Positions 11,901 to 23,464 of a DNA stretch of 64,000 bases are shown piece by piece (position 1 is the first letter of the stretch; each line of letters starts with the position of its first letter). The notes beneath the pieces were generated by a model that saw only the letters and a list, made by a program, of their open reading frames with translations, had not been told where the DNA came from and searched no databases. This DNA comes from Takakia lepidozioides (taxonomy: Eukaryota > Plantae > Bryophyta), in assembly GCA_030704615.1 (NCBI GenBank), contig CM060732.1, positions 31,124,001-31,188,000 on the forward strand, read 5' to 3'. The translations under genes were made by a program, and so were the position numbers.

Positions 11901-14471
11901 TTCCTGCCTCATTTGCTCATATGTCTCCAAAGCATTCTTACCACGCCCATGCTTGGCAAATCCTGCCATCATTATATTCCATGTGATCAAATCTCGTTCA
12001 GGCATTTTGTTGAACACTTGGTGTGCATCTACGATGCGCCCACACTTAACATACATGTTGACAAGGGTGTTGTATAGAGAAACATTTGGCTTGAATCCAG
12101 TCCGGATAATGTGAGCGTGCACATGCTTTCCGGCTTCCAGTCCTTTCATCTTGATGCACTTGCGCAAGAGACAGACGTAAGTATCTGAATCTGCTGAAAT
12201 GCCTGCTTGGTTCAAAATCTGTAGAGCCTCTTTCAGTTGCCCTGCCTCACATAGCGTCCTGACATGCCCAGAAGTGCAAGAAGAGGTCTTATGGATTCCC
12301 TCTTTTGCTCCTGTTTCAGAAGCCCTGGTCATGGTGGAGGTGCCTGATTTTATCAACTCTGTCACTGCTGCTGCTCCCAGTTGACCACCTACCCATGCAG
12401 GTCTCTTGTAGCTATCCATCCACAGGGAATCATAGGTAATCTTGTGCTTGAACTCCGGGCCTCTTGAATGAATCTGGATTCACAACTCCTTCAGCTATCC
12501 CTCCCTCGGCACCAATAATGCATAGATCCTTCCTTGCTGCTAACTGCTGAAAATGACAGCCTAAGTTTTTCCTCACAAACACCCCAACCCTACTAATCAC
12601 ACACTGATTCCTATGCTGATTTTTTAAAATGTGCTGGGGGAAGTGGGAGGATGACAATCTGCAAGAAAGATATGAAATGCATCTTGTTGCCTGCTTCTCT
12701 CTGTAATTTAACAGGCACTCACCTTTTTGCCTTGATTATCCCACCATTGACTGGGCTTGGGAAAACATTCCTTCCAAAGCGCCTCCCCGTCTCTGTTTTC
12801 TGTTTTTGGATATTTGCCTGTTGCCACATTGACAGTAACATGTCAAAATCACTCTAACCCATGATACATCCACCAGACGAGCTAACTGGAAGAATTCAAC
12901 ATGAAAAATCAGGGAGGACTCTGATAAGAGGACAACGCAGGCTGAAATGTGTTGAAGAAGAAGGTGCCCTCACCAGAGTGTCCTTGACCTTGTGTCCTGA
13001 GAGCAGCTAGCATTTCTCTCACCCAAGGAGGATTCAACCAACCAACAACCCGCAAGACCTCTTGTGTGTGCTGCTTGTGTCTGTAGTCATGTGATCTCAG
13101 ATTGGTCTGTGAGAACCACCATGTTGCAGCTGAGCAGCCATAAATTTAAACACGGCCTCCTAAGACCAAGCTGACCCTCCCAAGTACATTGTCAATACCA
13201 GGAAAATAAGGAAATCATGATACTTACAGGAAGAGCCCACTTTTGCAGAACAGACAAACTTCTTCACATCGTTCATTAAGAAAGCCTCACCTTGCGATTG
13301 TGGTAGTCCCACCATTGTAAAGGATCTTTAAGAAACTCATGCCAACGCTGCTCCATGGTCCACTGTAGACCTTTGTGCCCGGACACCAACAGCATTGATG
13401 GATTTGTTTATGGAGGAGTGCTAGTGTAGCTTTCAACGACAGTCATGCAAGTCACTTTGGGCTCCATTGGACTACACAATGAGGCACATACGAACGTGTC
13501 CCAACTTACACAATGCTAAACAAGCTTGTGCATGACAAGGCTGCCCCACCAATCAGATCACTCTGAGTCATACTCACTTTCATCTGCAAGCTCTGAAGGA
13601 GCTCCAACATATACACCAGAATCAGAACCGCAGCCTGATATCTTTCCACCATCACCCGACTGTTCTCGATCTTTTGGGATGGCAATTAAATTTCCTTTCA
13701 CCCAAGGAGTATTGAACCAACCCTCAATCAACAAGCCCTCTTGTATGTGCTCCACATGTCTGTAGTCTGGAACTTTTCGAGTGCTCTGTGGAAACGAAGA
13801 GGGAGCAGCTGAGTAGCGCCAGTCTCAACCCTCCCAAGTACCTTGCAAACTCCAGGGAAAAGACCTTGAGCATCCTACTTTCATGCCCTGCTTAGGAAGG
13901 CTATGGCACTGACAGTAGAAGCAAATTTTCCAGAGCAAAGCGAGATTCTACCTACACTCAACAAGCAGGGGTACAATCCAGTCCATACAATATTATCACA
14001 CCAGAGTTCAGTGAAATTCTTCACATCCTACATGAAGAAAGCTCACCTTGTCAACACTGCAGTCCCACCATTGTGAAGGATCTTTCAAGAACTGCTGCGA
14101 GCGCTGTTCCATGCTCCAGCGTTGACCTACATCCCAGATATACCAATTATCGGGCTTGTCTAACTCCCAAGTGTGCTTTCATGCTTCTTTGCCCAGAGTA
14201 CAGCGGAAAGGGAAAAGTGTTTCGCGTTATGACCTAATTTGAATGGGATCCCTGAAGGTTGACGAGGCGCCATAGCAGCCACATGCAAGGAACTGCGTCC
14301 TCTGCGCATTGCCAAGGGGGATGCAGATTTCAGCTCCACATCCCCGCCCCTTAATCCGCTGCCTGACGTGAGGCCTCGCGCATGACCACCGAAACGAGAG
14401 GACAGGGCCTTAGGTGTAGAGTCTGCATGCGGGGTCGGGAGAACGCGGGAAGACGTTGCCATCCCCGCCAT
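8954..14471 (-). CDS. Chimeric organelle-targeted protein: transit peptide + 3 OSB-type PDF motifs + PLS-class PPR (26 motifs) + E1/E2 + DYW deaminase; one frameshift at ~10965
   Basis: Manually assembled exons, all GT-AG and phase-compatible: 14471-14234 (MAGMATSSRVLPTP...SSLHVAAMAP), 14126-14047 (FLKDPSQWWDCSVDK), 13785-13578 (alternative donor at 13656; PDYRH...LLIEGWFNTPWV), 13370-13291 (WHEFLKDPLQWWDYHNRK), 13106-12974 (DYRHKQ...GWLNPPWV), 12817-12723 (EALWKECFPKPSQWWDNQGKK), 12473-8954 (IHSRGPEFKHKITYDSLWMDSYKRPAWV, then PPR array ...HGEKLA...CGDC...FHHF...CSCGDYW). ORFs 10908..12419 and 8954..10963 are joined across a net 5-nt deletion. Confidence 0.8.
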
Positions 14472-14924
14472 CCCCAACTGTGATGAGCGAGAAAGAGGCA
14501 GAATGAAATGTGTAGTTGCAACCTGGATGCAAGACAGGATTGCAGCAGCAGGCTGCTCTGCACACACAAACGATCGTCCTGCTTCTAGGATCAATCACGC
14601 AGCCGTCTGAGCTGCACGTTTCACATGTCTCTCCGTCTGTGGTATCATCAGCCCCCCGGCCCCCGAACGTCACCGAACGGAGAGGCTAGCTGCTTGTTGG
14701 CAGCCTTGCACTGCAGCTCGCAGCACGCTGCCATCTCCTCCCTTGTATCATCTCTGTTTGCCTTGCACGTTTGATGACGAGGGTCGCCACCGATTCGTAG
14801 CGTCTGCCACGGTATTAGTTAATAGTAGCTAGTACGTACTTTCTGCAGAGAGAGTGACACCGACTGGAGACAAGAGAGTAACACGGAACGGGGTGACATC
14901 ACCGGAGTGATACTGGCAAGAACG

Positions 14925-16170
14925 GGTTGGGAGCAATGACACCTTGGAATAATTGGGAGGGCATGATATTCTTATCAAGAGTATCGTTAGCCATGTCCAA
15001 AACATCTGACGAGATTGTACCCCACAAGGCTTTATAAAACTCCGCAGGCATGCCATCCAAACCACGGGATTTCAGTGCCTTTAGTTCAGACAAAGCATCC
15101 TCAAGTTCAAATGTGGAGAAAGGCTGGTTTAAACCCTACCCTTGAGCCGGGGATAACCTGACCGGAATCCTACTCAAACAGACACCCTAGCCTGCTGCAT
15201 GTCATCAGAATCCGGATCTGCCGTAAACAAAGACTTAGCTTCTGCGATGTTTGAAATCACCCGTGGGCTGGATTGAGGGGGTATTGGATGAATCAATGAG
15301 CGCTAACATGGAGTGTGAAGCCAGCCTTTGCTTGGCTTTCAAAAAGACATATCTACTCATTTCTCTCCTTTTAGAGACCAATTGATACCAGCTTTCATTT
15401 TCATGAATTGATCTTTGGATTTCTGTAAAAGCCCAAGATTTCGCTTAGCTTCCAACAACGTAAGAAGGGTTTGAGGACAATGACGGTTACGCTCCAGCTT
15501 TTCCTGGCAAACTGATAAACACTTGATCAAAGTAGCTTCAAGTCTGTTATTCTTCTCAGCCAACTCCTGAGCCGAAGAAATGCACAACTTTCTACATGCT
15601 TCCAATTTACCCATGAATCTCAGGGTAGGAGAAGAGAAATGACAAGCAGCAGAGATCCAGCATGATTTGATGGCTTCAAGGGCCAATGGAAGTTTGAGAA
15701 TGCCTATAGAAAGCCACGCCCTCGGCCCAAGTTACAACCCTGGCCCTAACTTCAGAATGGTCAAAGTCCGATAAAATGGGACCCATGGGCAAGTAACTGA
15801 ACCATTGGGAGATAGAAACAGAGTAGTAGAACCGATTGAGCCCTCGCCATACACAGACCCGGCAGGGTCCGGTTATTTATCCAAGAGAAGGCTGGGGAAA
15901 GAGGGAAGCGCTTCCCATTTTAATATTTCAGCAGCCGACCTATCAGGAGAATCATCACCAAGCCTGTCAGATGGGGAATCAACCATGTTGAAATCCCCGG
16001 CAAGAATCCAGTGGTCTACATGAGACATGGCAAGAATATGAGAACGAATGTCACTCCAAAGCTGAGCACGATCTAGGGAAATGTTATGATCGTAAATATT
16101 GACAATCCCAAAGCAAACCAGCCTGGTTGGGGGTGTTAAGAAGCAAGCATTGAACCATGCCAGGCAGCCA
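14925..16170 (-). mobile_element. Degenerate L1-type LINE fragment (APE endonuclease to start of RT)
   Basis: Broken ORFs with VNIY...LW...WILAGDFNMV (endonuclease) and KSRGLDGMPAEFYKALW (pre-RT KxPGxDG motif). Confidence 0.75.
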
Positions 16171-16198
16171 AGAAGAAACAGAAACAACTAGAGGCAAG

Positions 16199-16635
16199 AG
16201 GGGTGGGCCGGTTATGCATAATAGAAGTTTTTTAAATCTGCTGGATATAAATAAGTCCGGATATTCAGATTATAACATCCGGCGGTTATAGAGTAACCCG
16301 ATGTATGAATCATAAAAATAATATTTTTTTAATTTTTCATTTAATCAATTTAAATCGCTACAATTCTAATAAAAAAATATAGGTATTTTATTTTTATTTT
16401 ATTTTTAAATTAATATTTATTAGTATTTCTACGTCCGGTTGAGATCCGGTATTTTTGCTACATATCCAGATACAATCCGGTTATTAATCCTTTCAATACC
16501 CGGCGGATATGATCCTATCCGGATCCTCTGTATTATGTATCCGCCGGATATAAATAATAGTCGGATATCAAATAGCTGCCGGATCTGGATCCGGATACAC
16601 TGGTATCCGGATCTTGCTATATCCGCCCAACATTG
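16199..16635. mobile_element. Non-autonomous DNA transposon/MITE (hAT-like) with many ATCCGG/CCGGAT subterminal repeats and an AT-rich core
   Basis: About 15 ATCCGG/CCGGAT motifs; loosely inverted ends (ggggtgggccggttat ... atatccgcccaacattg). No clean TSD found. Confidence 0.5.
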
Positions 16636-18275
16636 GTTGGGACCGACATTGGACATTGGAGTGACACGGGATATAAAAGAAGAAAAAAGAAAAACGAAGT
16701 GGCATTGAGTGGGGTGACATAACCATCGAACCAGAATCAATTGTTGTATTTATCAGCCCCTATCACTCTTTTTGGAGGCACTTGACACTATGTATACAGC
16801 TAACCTTGGTGAAGATGGCTTCATCCCGGCCCTTCATGCTTCAATGGCTAGGATTTGATGCAATTTGGGTGACCCATGTGGTGGTGGCTCAGCTCAACCT
16901 AGGGTTTTTGGTAGATGATGAGCTTCTATGGGAGTAAATGGGCTATGTACAACCTGGTGTACAAAGAAGATTGTACAGATATTACTTTGTGGATGTTTCC
17001 TTTGTGTTTGCATGTTTGACGTTTGTTGGCTCATCCTCTGTACGTGCCTCTGTCACTACTTGCATCACACGTTCTTATAAGGTTGCACACACTCATTATG
17101 AGCTGACACTTGTGAGGACAGGAAAATACCATCCATGCTCAAAACGTGGTGGAGAGTGTTAGGTACTATTAGATGTATCTAAAAGATTGTGGTTTACCGC
17201 AGGGTGGCGGCCGTTCTAAATTGAATTGTGTGCGCATCTTGTACTAGGATAAGTGGTGACGATGGCAATTGTTGTATTTCTTCATTGCTCATTTAATTAT
17301 CTTGCTCCCCTGTGCAATGGCTTCGGTTCGGTTTTTCCTTTGTGATCTGCGCAACAAAATAGAGGGTGATTCAGTGCTTGTTAAACTTGAGCTCCGTGTT
17401 ATCTTGTCTGAGCCCACTCATTCCACTAACAATCAGCTTGCCATAGGATTTCCTATCACGTAGGTTGTTCCTACAGTTCTTACATTTTTTAAGGGGGCAA
17501 TAGCTGTAAGGCAAATTAAAGTGGCTCTTAGTTATATCTGCTTTGGCTGGAGTCTTCTCTCTCTCCCTCTCTCTCTCTCTCTCTACATTTACTGGGGGTT
17601 CTCCGGCGATTGTGGGTATTCTTGCAATTCCCATTGTGCACAAAAGGGCTAGTTCTACTAGTACCGATTATGCAAAGCTTACATGGGTAGATGATACCAT
17701 TACTGAACCTTATTCTTTGTGAGGAGTTGTGTTTTGCCGAGCCTGGTACTATCCCAAGCAAAAGCCTAGATAAATACAATTTTGGGGACTACATTGAACC
17801 AGAGGCATATTGGCCAATTGAGGTTGCTAATGACGAAGCCTAGATTAAAAGAACTTTTGAGAATAAGCAGTTAGAGCTCAAGGCTGATGACTTTGATTCG
17901 TTTGAGCATTTTGAAACTCGTTTTGATACTGACATACCTAAATTTTTTGCTATTGGGAGAGCTCGTGTGTCGCAACCATTTGCCTTGATGACGGGGGATT
18001 GGGACACAAGAGGGATTGTCTCTGTGGTGGGGGCAGCGGCAACAGCAATGGGAGTGGGAGCTGAATGATCCTTGAGTGCCGAATTAGGCACTCATTATGT
18101 GAAGCCCTCCAAACGGGGTTGCGGTGGGGGCTCCCAGTAGGGGTGGTCATAACTAAGGGAGTCGTAGTGGGGATGACATAGGACTCACTGCGGGGCTGAG
18201 GCCTTGTGGGGGGGCTCATGGGGAGTCTTGGGGCTTATCGTGGGTGGGCAAAGACTCACCGCGACTCATCACAAG

Positions 18276-18940
18276 TGTCACGGACATAGCCCAGATGAAC
18301 TTACCAGGAATAAATACCAGAAGTTATCGAGTTACTATATTACCGGAAGTTATCATGACTTATCGTAATTTACCATGATCTACCATGATTTATCATTACT
18401 TACCAAGTTACCGGGAGTTTACCAAATTACCAAGAGTAACTTGAGAAACTGCTGAGGAAGCTTCCTTTGGATGAAACTTCTCCATCAAGATACCTCATTT
18501 GTTTAAGGAAACTTCTCCATCAAGAAACCTTTGTTTAATCTTGGAAACTTCTCCAGCAAGAAACCTCCATAGGGGAAGCTTCTTAGAGAAGCTTCGTAAG
18601 GAAGCTTCTTAGTAGCCAGTATATATAGGAGGCGAGACTGGACACTCTTCAGTCTCGCCAACACCAGTTCAAGCTACTCTTGTTTCCAGTTCCCAGTACT
18701 CCAGTCCAGTTTCCAGTACTCTAGCCCAGTTTCCAGTATCTGGTACTCCAGTCCAGTTTCCAACATTGCAGTATTCAAGTCGTGTTCCAATATCTTGTAC
18801 TCTTGTTCATTGTTATAAAGATCGTCTTGATTCCTATTTACTCATCGTGCATTCGGCCACGCCGACTTTGACTTCTTGTCTAGCCTTGTACCTCTAGTAT
18901 TATCTCTTGTTTGTGTTCTATTATGTTCTCGTCCTTGACA
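18276..18940 (+). mobile_element. Solo LTR (665 bp)
   Basis: TGTCACGGAC...GTCCTTGACA termini (9/10 inverted match); flanks ACAAG/ACAGG (degenerate 5-bp TSD); TATA box at ~18619; 10-bp hairpin ggcgagactg/cagtctcgcc; internal short tandem repeats. Confidence 0.8.
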
Positions 18941-19895
18941 ACAGGCCGAAGTTGAACTTGAGAAAGAACTTAAGCTGTTGTGAGACCTGGCCGACACCTA
19001 CAAAGCTGTCGCAAGCCCGTTAAGTGACCCAAAGCTAGTGAAGCAACTAAACGAGCCGGAAAACGACCAAATGTGGGGAGCTATTTCGGACTGCTTACAA
19101 CCAAAGGAATTTCCACTCAGCCCACTACTCACGTACTCGAAGGGAAGTTGTTGGGGAAGCAAGGGGGGACCGTTATGTCTTGTTGAGCACCCAAATCTCC
19201 AAGTTGGCCTCGCTATTTTGGACATATTGTGGGGTCCATAAGTCTTGTATTACAGTACCTACGATTAAGATGCAACAAGTTATAAGAGAAAAAGCTTCAC
19301 GTGTCGGGGCGTGTTGGTTATCATTCCCTGATCATACACCATAGCTTCTCGTCGACTTTTGATACCCGATATCGCTTCCTCTATTTCTCTTTGGTCAAAA
19401 CTTGAGTAGCCCATCTCTGCTGTTGCAAGGTAGTGCCAAAAAGAGTGGCCGGTCAGAGCGTGCCTTAGATACATGCTTGCCTGCAGTTCTCATTACGACA
19501 TATCCATAAACTTCTACATTCTCTCCTACAAATGCAGCATGTGTGGAAATGCAATTCGGCAGTTAACACATTCCCACCCATTACAAGAACGATAGGCAAA
19601 TGCAAGCATGATGCAGGGATCTGAGAGAACCCAACTACGCTAATCAGAGTAGCTCACACCATCGTCGAAAAGTCATCCTTGCTAGGTCATCACCGTGAAT
19701 TATTGCATGAATTATTGACTAATATACTTCATCTTGGGAGGGGGGGAGATAGAAAATAAAGATAATGTATTATGAGACGTTGCTTGCAGTAGCCTCTTGC
19801 GGATAGCCAAGCTCTACGAAAGAACGGAGAGCTCCACGGGACAGTCTTCCCCGACGATTCCCGTGGACAACTGCCTCAAACGATAGTTAGATTTA

Positions 19896-20334
19896 GGGCC
19901 GTACCACACTAGCGGCAAGAGGGGCAGCGGCACTCAATTTCGGACCCTCCTATTGGTTTAAGGGAGGATACTGTGCCGCTCTGCCTACCACACTAGCGCC
20001 GCTACCGGCAGAGAGGCGTTGACATGGCTTTGACTTGGCGCCTACATGTCACATTCCCTAAAAATATGGATTTCCAGGCAGTGTCCCATGGAAATCCACA
20101 ATTTCAGGAAGACACTTTGTCTTGACACGATTCTCCCGCGACATGTTTCTAGGATTTGGTTATTTTTAGAATGAAACACAAAGTAGTTGCGATTTTTTGT
20201 TGCTCGGCTTTTGCTATGGTGTGGTAGCCGATTCATTGCCGCTTGGTGACATGGACCTATATCATCCAACAATCCCTAGCCTGCAATGTCCATGTCAGTG
20301 TCGTTGGTGGTGTGCAGGTGGTGTGGTACGGCCC
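19896..20334. mobile_element. PIF/Harbinger-type (Tourist-like) MITE
   Basis: Perfect 14-bp TIR GGGCCGTACCACAC with TTA target-site duplication on both sides. Confidence 0.9.
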
Positions 20335-23300
20335 TTAGAGCATCACCACCCTTGAGCCCGAAAAAATCCCTGTCACACAAAAGATAGTGTCATCGATTCA
20401 GTGCATGCTAGGTTATGTGGCGCGGCAGCCCCACTCGCGCACACCCTTGTCCCTGAATCGCCCAGGCCATCCCCCAACACCTCACCTCCCATTGGCCGGA
20501 AGGGGCGAGATCTCTGCCAAGATGCTGACAGGCACACGCTTGGTCAGTTGACTTGGATTCAGGGACGTATTCTGTGCGTAGAATACAACGCTCGGATTCA
20601 GAGCATGGAACGATATTAGCTTTTCACGGGATATAGGGTTCAGTGCATGGGTGGGGGACGTTTCTGCCCACCATACCCTCATGTTCCGTTGGCGTGATGG
20701 GTTCAGTGTAGGGTGGGGATGCTCTTAGCTGCAAGGTGGGGACGGGGACTGCTACTATTAGCTAAATCTAGCTAGGATTAAATGTAGCACAATCGCTAAC
20801 AGACTGGTGCGGCCGAAACTTGAAATATCCAGTGCTACGTATAACCTGACAGGCCCTTTAACAGCTGGTGCCGAAGGGCCCTAAGCCGTTATCAGGACTA
20901 CTAAACCTAGCAGGCCGGTGCGGCCGGGCTTTAATTGGTGTGTTCACTATATAGTTTGTTGTTTTTATGCTTCACCCTTGACCAATCACGTTCCATCGTG
21001 TCTTGTTTTGTGGGCGCATCATGTTCAAGTCAACCGAGAAAATGTGGTCAAAGGACCTTATGTATGTACACCCTGTCAACTTGGCTGCCTGCGTGTGCTG
21101 GAGGCTTGTCTCCATCCATCCAACTTCACCATTGCAGGATGATTACAGGACTCAAATCGCGTGCAAAGTGGATAGAGCCATCCATCCGTTGAAGCCCAGT
21201 TGATTGCGACCGTTGTGGTCGTCGGGTTGCCCAACCGGCCGCCTCCCGCGCCCAGTTCGGGCAGAGTAATGAGAGCGAGCACACACTCCCGTTGCGAGGC
21301 TGCCGCTGCTGCTTCCCCCCCGCCCGGCGGCCCGGGTGCCTAGTCAACGCGTGGCCGCGCGAACAACGCGATTGCATCAGCAGCCCTGGCTGCAGCCACG
21401 TGGTAGGCGATCGGAAGCGGCTGCTCCGCGAGGCCTCCAATTGGCTGTGCCCTGTTCCGTCCGTTAGCCTATCCCCCCGCTTTTTATCCCTTACCTCGCC
21501 CAGCACCTGCTCACCGGCCACAGCAACTCCGGCTTACCGGCTACCTCGGTCACGCTGACGCCTGTCATACCTACAAGCCGGTTTCGCCATGTTTCGCATG
21601 TTTCGCCGTGAATGCTCAAATTGGTCCATGGATAATGTTTGCTGTGGCGGAACATATAACGAGGTTAAGGCAAACTGCGGGGCCCGCTCTCGAGTCCCCG
21701 AGCCCCTGTCCGGATGTCCCTGCTGCCCGCTGGGACAGATCACCACGATGGTCGGAGGTTGCGTGGTGGTTGGTGGTTGGTGGTTTTGTCGCGACGGCGG
21801 TCTAGGGTTCAGTCCTTGACTCCTGGCACATTGCAAACAAAAGAAAAGAAAGTGTCCTCTCACTAATGATAATTATTAATCCCTATGTGTGTAGTGTGTA
21901 CCGGCCAACTTACTACCAGGCTTTTAGAAATAATAATAATAATAATAATAATCAATTGTCTTAAATCGAGAGAAACAAAACAAATATGACCTGTCACCTC
22001 CGACTGCCGCCAATATATTTCTGGGACTCCTTTTCCCGTATAATGTATATATATATATGACCGGGTGTAACGCTCCGGAGCAGCAAAAGGGTGACCGCCG
22101 AACAACGGTTATAACCGGCGCGACACGCAGTTCCGTGGGAGCGGCAGCGACTGCGCCGGAAAAAGAGACAGCTCGCGGTCACGGCACTGAGGCTTTTACC
22201 GTTGTTCACTCACGCTGCCATTGCATCGATCAAGCTCTTCAATGCTCTGTCTGAGTTCGTTTCTCTTCCTATCTCCGCGGGGGCCATTGCGAGGGTTCCA
22301 TACTTAGTGTGTCCGCTGATCCTTTGCCTGATAACACGGATTGCTTGTTTCGTTACCTCGCTTCGTTTTCCCTCTCTTTCCTCGTGCTGTCTCGGCTCGT
22401 CTTGGGGACTTTTTTGTGATCTTGACTGACTCTAAATCTCCTGATCGAGGTCGAGAGGCCTATAACTTCGGCGATTTTATCTCCCGTTGGAGATTTGTCC
22501 TCGTGACTCAACGGTGGTTCAATTGTCCCATATCCTTTTCTCGATTTGGTCTTCTCGACATCGGGAACCAGTCATTGAGTTCCTGAGGTCAATCTTCTCT
22601 TGATCATCGTCCTTCCATCGCTCCAATTTCCTGCATCTTCTTTCAAGCTATTCTCCCCCCTTGTTGCTTGCTTAATTCTAGGATCTGGTTCTTTGAGCCC
22701 GGGTATTTAGTTCTAAACTTGAGTTCTTGCAAGCTGCCTATGTTTGTTTGTTTCAATCTGTGTATACGCGTGCCTCAGCTTGAAGTATCCATGCTTTTGC
22801 TGGAAAAGTTCCAGTGTCGTGACTCATTCAGCTGATTTCAATCGAAGGAGGGGAAAGATGCTGGTCATTGTCTCTGATGTTGGTCTACTTCGTTTTGAAT
22901 CTCTGACTTGCGAGCAGTGCTCTGGTTCCAGCCTTGTTCTGCAGTTGATCTCAGTCCATTATCGTGCTCCGTTTATGACTATCTCCGCTGTCGCTATATG
23001 AATGCACCAGTAGGTCATATCCATGAAGAGCAAACACAAGCTTAAAAGCGATATGGCAGAAATCGGCAAAGACGCGGACTTGTCCCCAGAAAGCTAACAC
23101 TCCAATAGCGCAACTTGCAAGTCCTTCACTGCAGTGACCTCAGGATCGAGTGCCGAGTAGAAAGACCGTGGACTGCTGGTGGAGGAGGAAGTAACCGCAA
23201 GCACCAGCTTCATTAAGGTCGGCAAAGCTGGAAGCATACGAGCCTCTCGCGGGGTCCTGTCCTTCGTCGCCGTCCTCGCCAGTAGTGAAAGGAAGAAGGT

Positions 23301-23464
23301 GCTGTACTCCACAAGGGTGCGGGAGCATACCAGGGGCCAGCTGGTTGACCAACAGCTTCATTGGCAGAAAGAGGCAGACTCCTCGTAGACGAAAAGAAGG
23401 CAGAACCGTTGGAAGCAGAAAGAGAAGCCGACAGGCGGAAGCAGACAGAGACATAGACACAGAG

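Larger units (their letters stand above)
1161..14633. repeat. Large imperfect inverted duplication (arms ~1161-6075 and ~9270-14633)
   Basis: The 5' flank, exons and introns match in reverse complement. Example: 1168 gtgaaaagtgcagctcagacg vs revcomp of ~14605-14625; ORFs 1226..1612 and 14160..14594 are nearly identical. Confidence 0.9.

Noticed and set aside
20400-23460. Many short GC-rich ORFs upstream of the EDR2-like gene
   Set aside because: No recognisable domains; consistent with promoter, 5' UTR and intron sequence.
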